From assembly GCF_000025945.1 (NCBI RefSeq), contig NC_006138.1, positions 2,880,001 to 2,912,000 of the forward strand: a stretch of DNA of 32,000 nt, written 5' to 3'. Positions within the stretch are counted from its first letter, which is position 1. Each line of letters begins with the position of its first letter. Source of the stretch: Desulfotalea psychrophila LSv54. Lineage in GTDB: Bacteria > Desulfobacterota > Desulfobulbia > Desulfobulbales > Desulfocapsaceae. A program made the translations under genes and the position numbers. The notes under the pieces are model-generated. The model was not told where the DNA came from and did not search any database. It saw only the letters and a program-made list of their open reading frames with translations. Shown one piece after another: positions 29,547 through 32,000 of the stretch.

Positions 29547-29665
29547 AAACAATAGTATAGACATGGTTCGTCCAGGAGGGTAAAAACACTCCCGGCCAAG
29601 GCCCTATTCCACTGTAATTATTTTATTTTAAAATATTCTAACGCAACAATAGGTAACATTATAGC

Positions 29666-30367
29666 ATGAGTCAAAGCTCAAACGATCCCGCAACAATGAT
29701 CGAAATGATCAAAGTTACCAAACAATACCCGCCCAATATAGCCGCCCTTCATGATATATCCATTTCTATTTCGGCCGGAGAAATGCTTTTTCTTATCGGC
29801 AGAAGCGGGGCCGGCAAAACCACCCTGCTCAAGCTCCTCTGTGGAATGGAGACCCCAAGCGCTGGCCTTATTGAGATAAATGGCACGGCAACCAACGATC
29901 TTCATGGTAATGCCCTGGCCAAACTTCGACAAAAAATCGGGGTGGCCTATCAGGATTTCCGCCTTCTTCTCAACCGAACCGTAGCGGAAAACATCGCCAT
30001 ATCAATGGAAGTTTCCTATAAAAAGCCACAGCTCATCCAAAAAAGAGTCAAAGACCTGCTCGAACAGTTAGACCTGAGCGATAAACACGATACCATAGCA
30101 GAAGAGCTCTCCCGAGGAGAACAACAGCGTATCACCCTTGCCCGTTCAGTGGCCAACTCACCCACCATGATCTTAGTGGATGAACCGACGGGAAACCTTG
30201 ACGCCACTACAACAACAAGAGTTATGGATCTCCTGAAAAAATCCAATAAGGCGGGAGCAACCATCGTCATTGCCACCCACGACTCCTCTCTTTACGACAA
30301 CACCTCACACAGGGTTTGTGAATTACGTCACGGCGAAATGTATTCCATCAATGGAGCTTTGCTATGA
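29666..30367 (+). CDS. ftsE: Cell division ATP-binding protein FtsE
   Basis: ABC ATPase: GRSGAGKTTLLK, LSRGEQQRITLARS, LVDEPTGNLD; followed by ftsX. Confidence 0.94.
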   Translation: MSQSSNDPATMIEMIKVTKQYPPNIAALHDISISISAGEMLFLIGRSGAGKTTLLKLLCGMETPSAGLIEINGTATNDLHGNALAKLRQKIGVAYQDFRLLLNRTVAENIAISMEVSYKKPQLIQKRVKDLLEQLDLSDKHDTIAEELSRGEQQRITLARSVANSPTMILVDEPTGNLDATTTTRVMDLLKKSNKAGATIVIATHDSSLYDNTSHRVCELRHGEMYSINGALL

Positions 30368-31251
30368 GTTTTTTCCTCAGCGTTTCACGACAGGTTGGGC
30401 GCAACCTCAAACAGACTTGGGCCTCCCAGCTCATGACCCTGCTTACGGTCAGTCTCTCTGTGTTAATATTCGCATTTTTCTTTTTAACATACACTAACTT
30501 ACTCAATTTAGGAACAAAACTGGGCGACAATCTCACCCTCATCATCTACCTTGACGACGATCTCAGCCCCGAGTTGCAAGAGCAGTTTGCCACCAAAATC
30601 AACAAATTTGATCATACTGAAAAGATCAAATTTATCTCCCGTGAACAGGCCTTCAATCGATTCTCCCAGCAACTCGGTAGCAACAAAAATGTACTGGAGG
30701 CAATGCCCCATGATTTTTTACCGGCATCCATAGAGGTCACCCCCGTAAAGGGAATGCGCAGTATAAAGCAGGTAAAATTATTTTCAAACTACCTGAAACA
30801 ACTACCGGGGGCACTGAAAATTCAGTATGGTCAGGAGTGGGTTAATCGCTTTTTTTACTTCACCAACCTTCTCTCAATGGTGGTAATACTCAGCGGCATT
30901 CTCCTAATCATGACCACCTTCTTCATGGTGGCCTACACCATACGACTCACCATTCTTGGCCGTCAGGATGAGCTAGAGCTCCTCAAACTAGTGGGAGCTA
31001 CCAATAACTATATTCGCGCCCCATTCTTAACCGAGGGTGTGCTACAGGGCCTCTTAGGCTCTACGATTGGCCTCTTGAGCCTCTTTGTAATCTTCGAATG
31101 GATTTTAAACCATTTTTCCGAGCCCGGCATTCTCGCCATGACAGACTTCGCATTTTTCCCGGCAAAAACAGTTGCTATCATCGTCTCTGCCTCCATCTGC
31201 CTCTGTGCCATCGGTAGCTACAGTGCCATGCAAAAGCTCCTTCGTATCTGA
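30364..31251 (+). CDS. ftsX: Cell division protein FtsX
   Basis: FtsX permease with extracellular loop; LELLKLVGATNNYIRAPFLTEGVLQGLLGS. Overlaps ftsE by ATGA. Confidence 0.94.
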   Translation: MSFFLSVSRQVGRNLKQTWASQLMTLLTVSLSVLIFAFFFLTYTNLLNLGTKLGDNLTLIIYLDDDLSPELQEQFATKINKFDHTEKIKFISREQAFNRFSQQLGSNKNVLEAMPHDFLPASIEVTPVKGMRSIKQVKLFSNYLKQLPGALKIQYGQEWVNRFFYFTNLLSMVVILSGILLIMTTFFMVAYTIRLTILGRQDELELLKLVGATNNYIRAPFLTEGVLQGLLGSTIGLLSLFVIFEWILNHFSEPGILAMTDFAFFPAKTVAIIVSASICLCAIGSYSAMQKLLRI

Positions 31252-32000
31252 TGATATTACATATTATACAACTCAACAGATATCGTACCTCGGCAGCGGC
31301 AGGCCCTCAAGCCAGACACCTGCTTCTGGTGCTCAGCCTTCTATGCTTGCTAGCTAACATCATGCTCCTTCCTCTGGCAGCTGAGGCCACCGACCACCAG
31401 CCACTGCTGCAGGAAAAGAAAAAGCAAATAGAGACAAACCTAGACAGATTACAACGGGGTATCCGTAAACAGCAGGAGGCCATTATCACAGAGGATAGGC
31501 AAGAAACTGATATCCTGACTGAGCTTGAAACGCTCAATGAAAGAATTGGCAAAAAAGAGGTTAGAATTAATGCCCTGCAAGGGCAAATAATAGCACAAAA
31601 AAGAAAAACAGAGCTTAAAGAGAAGGCCCTCCTCACCCTGCACAGGCAAAACAGTTCCCTGAGAACTCAACTGGCAAAGAGGATCAGAGCCTATTACATG
31701 ACAGGCCAGATAGGCTTCTTAAACATCGCCTTTTCGGCCAAATCCTTCTCAGAGCTCCTCTCCTTCCGGGACTCCTTTGACGTTCTTATTCACTATGACG
31801 AAGAGTTACTCAACAACTACAGCAGGGCAATAAAAAAACTCAAATCAAGTAAAAAGGCGCTACTGCTGGAGCAGGAAATCCTGCAATCCTTCTTTACCGA
31901 GGTCGGCCAAGAGAAGCAGGAGGCCCAGGCAGATAAAGATAAAAAGGAGACCATCCTGGCAAGAACCAGGACCCAGAAACAGCTGCATGCGGAAGCCGTA
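31251..32000 (+). CDS. EnvC-like murein hydrolase activator, coiled-coil N-terminal part; continues beyond the window
   Basis: 250 codons open to the window end from ATG 31251 (TGATG overlap with ftsX stop): MILHIIQLNRYRTSAAAGPQARHLLLVLSLLCLLANIMLLPLAAEATDHQPLLQEKKKQIETNLDRLQ...LAKRIRAYYMTGQIGFLNIAFSAKSFSELLSFRDSFDVLIHYDEELL. Not in the ORF track. Confidence 0.82.
   Translation, partial: MILHIIQLNRYRTSAAAGPQARHLLLVLSLLCLLANIMLLPLAAEATDHQPLLQEKKKQIETNLDRLQRGIRKQQEAIITEDRQETDILTELETLNERIGKKEVRINALQGQIIAQKRKTELKEKALLTLHRQNSSLRTQLAKRIRAYYMTGQIGFLNIAFSAKSFSELLSFRDSFDVLIHYDEELLNNYSRAIKKLKSSKKALLLEQEILQSFFTEVGQEKQEAQADKDKKETILARTRTQKQLHAEAV

Noticed and set aside
1-32000. Defence island, prophage, integrative element or biosynthetic cluster beyond biotin
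   Set aside because: No integrase, transposase, restriction, toxin-antitoxin, phage structural or reverse transcriptase signatures seen. The tRNA array shows no adjacent integrase or obvious attachment duplication.

Overview
This window looks like chromosomal backbone from a deltaproteobacterial, Desulfotalea-like organism; the lineage is inferred from gene content, not searched. Most of it is ordinary housekeeping DNA. From left to right it contains: a minus-strand pair of a YkgJ-like Cys-cluster protein and a truncated homolog of the tRNA-queuosine alpha-mannosyltransferase/GTDC1 (DUF3524) family, the latter missing from the ORF track; a PEP synthase/PPDK regulatory protein; a YchJ-family protein; a three-subunit molybdenum hydroxylase operon; purM; a short degenerate repeat; a striking 12-gene tRNA array with six Val(TAC)-Asp(GTC) pairs at a ~227-nt period; lon; clpX-clpP-tig; mgtE; a TPR-methyltransferase; a compact biotin operon (bioB-bioA-bioF-bioG-bioC-bioD plus a small 4-Cys protein and a DUF2065 protein); fabD, lspA and ileS; and ftsE-ftsX followed by a truncated envC-like gene, also missing from the ORF track. 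I found no CRISPR array, prophage, transposon or recognisable defence system. The most interesting items are the homogenised tRNA array, the co-occurrence of a queuosine-mannosyltransferase homolog with six copies of tRNA-Asp(GUC), the ~45-nt degenerate repeat, and several unexplained intergenic dyads.
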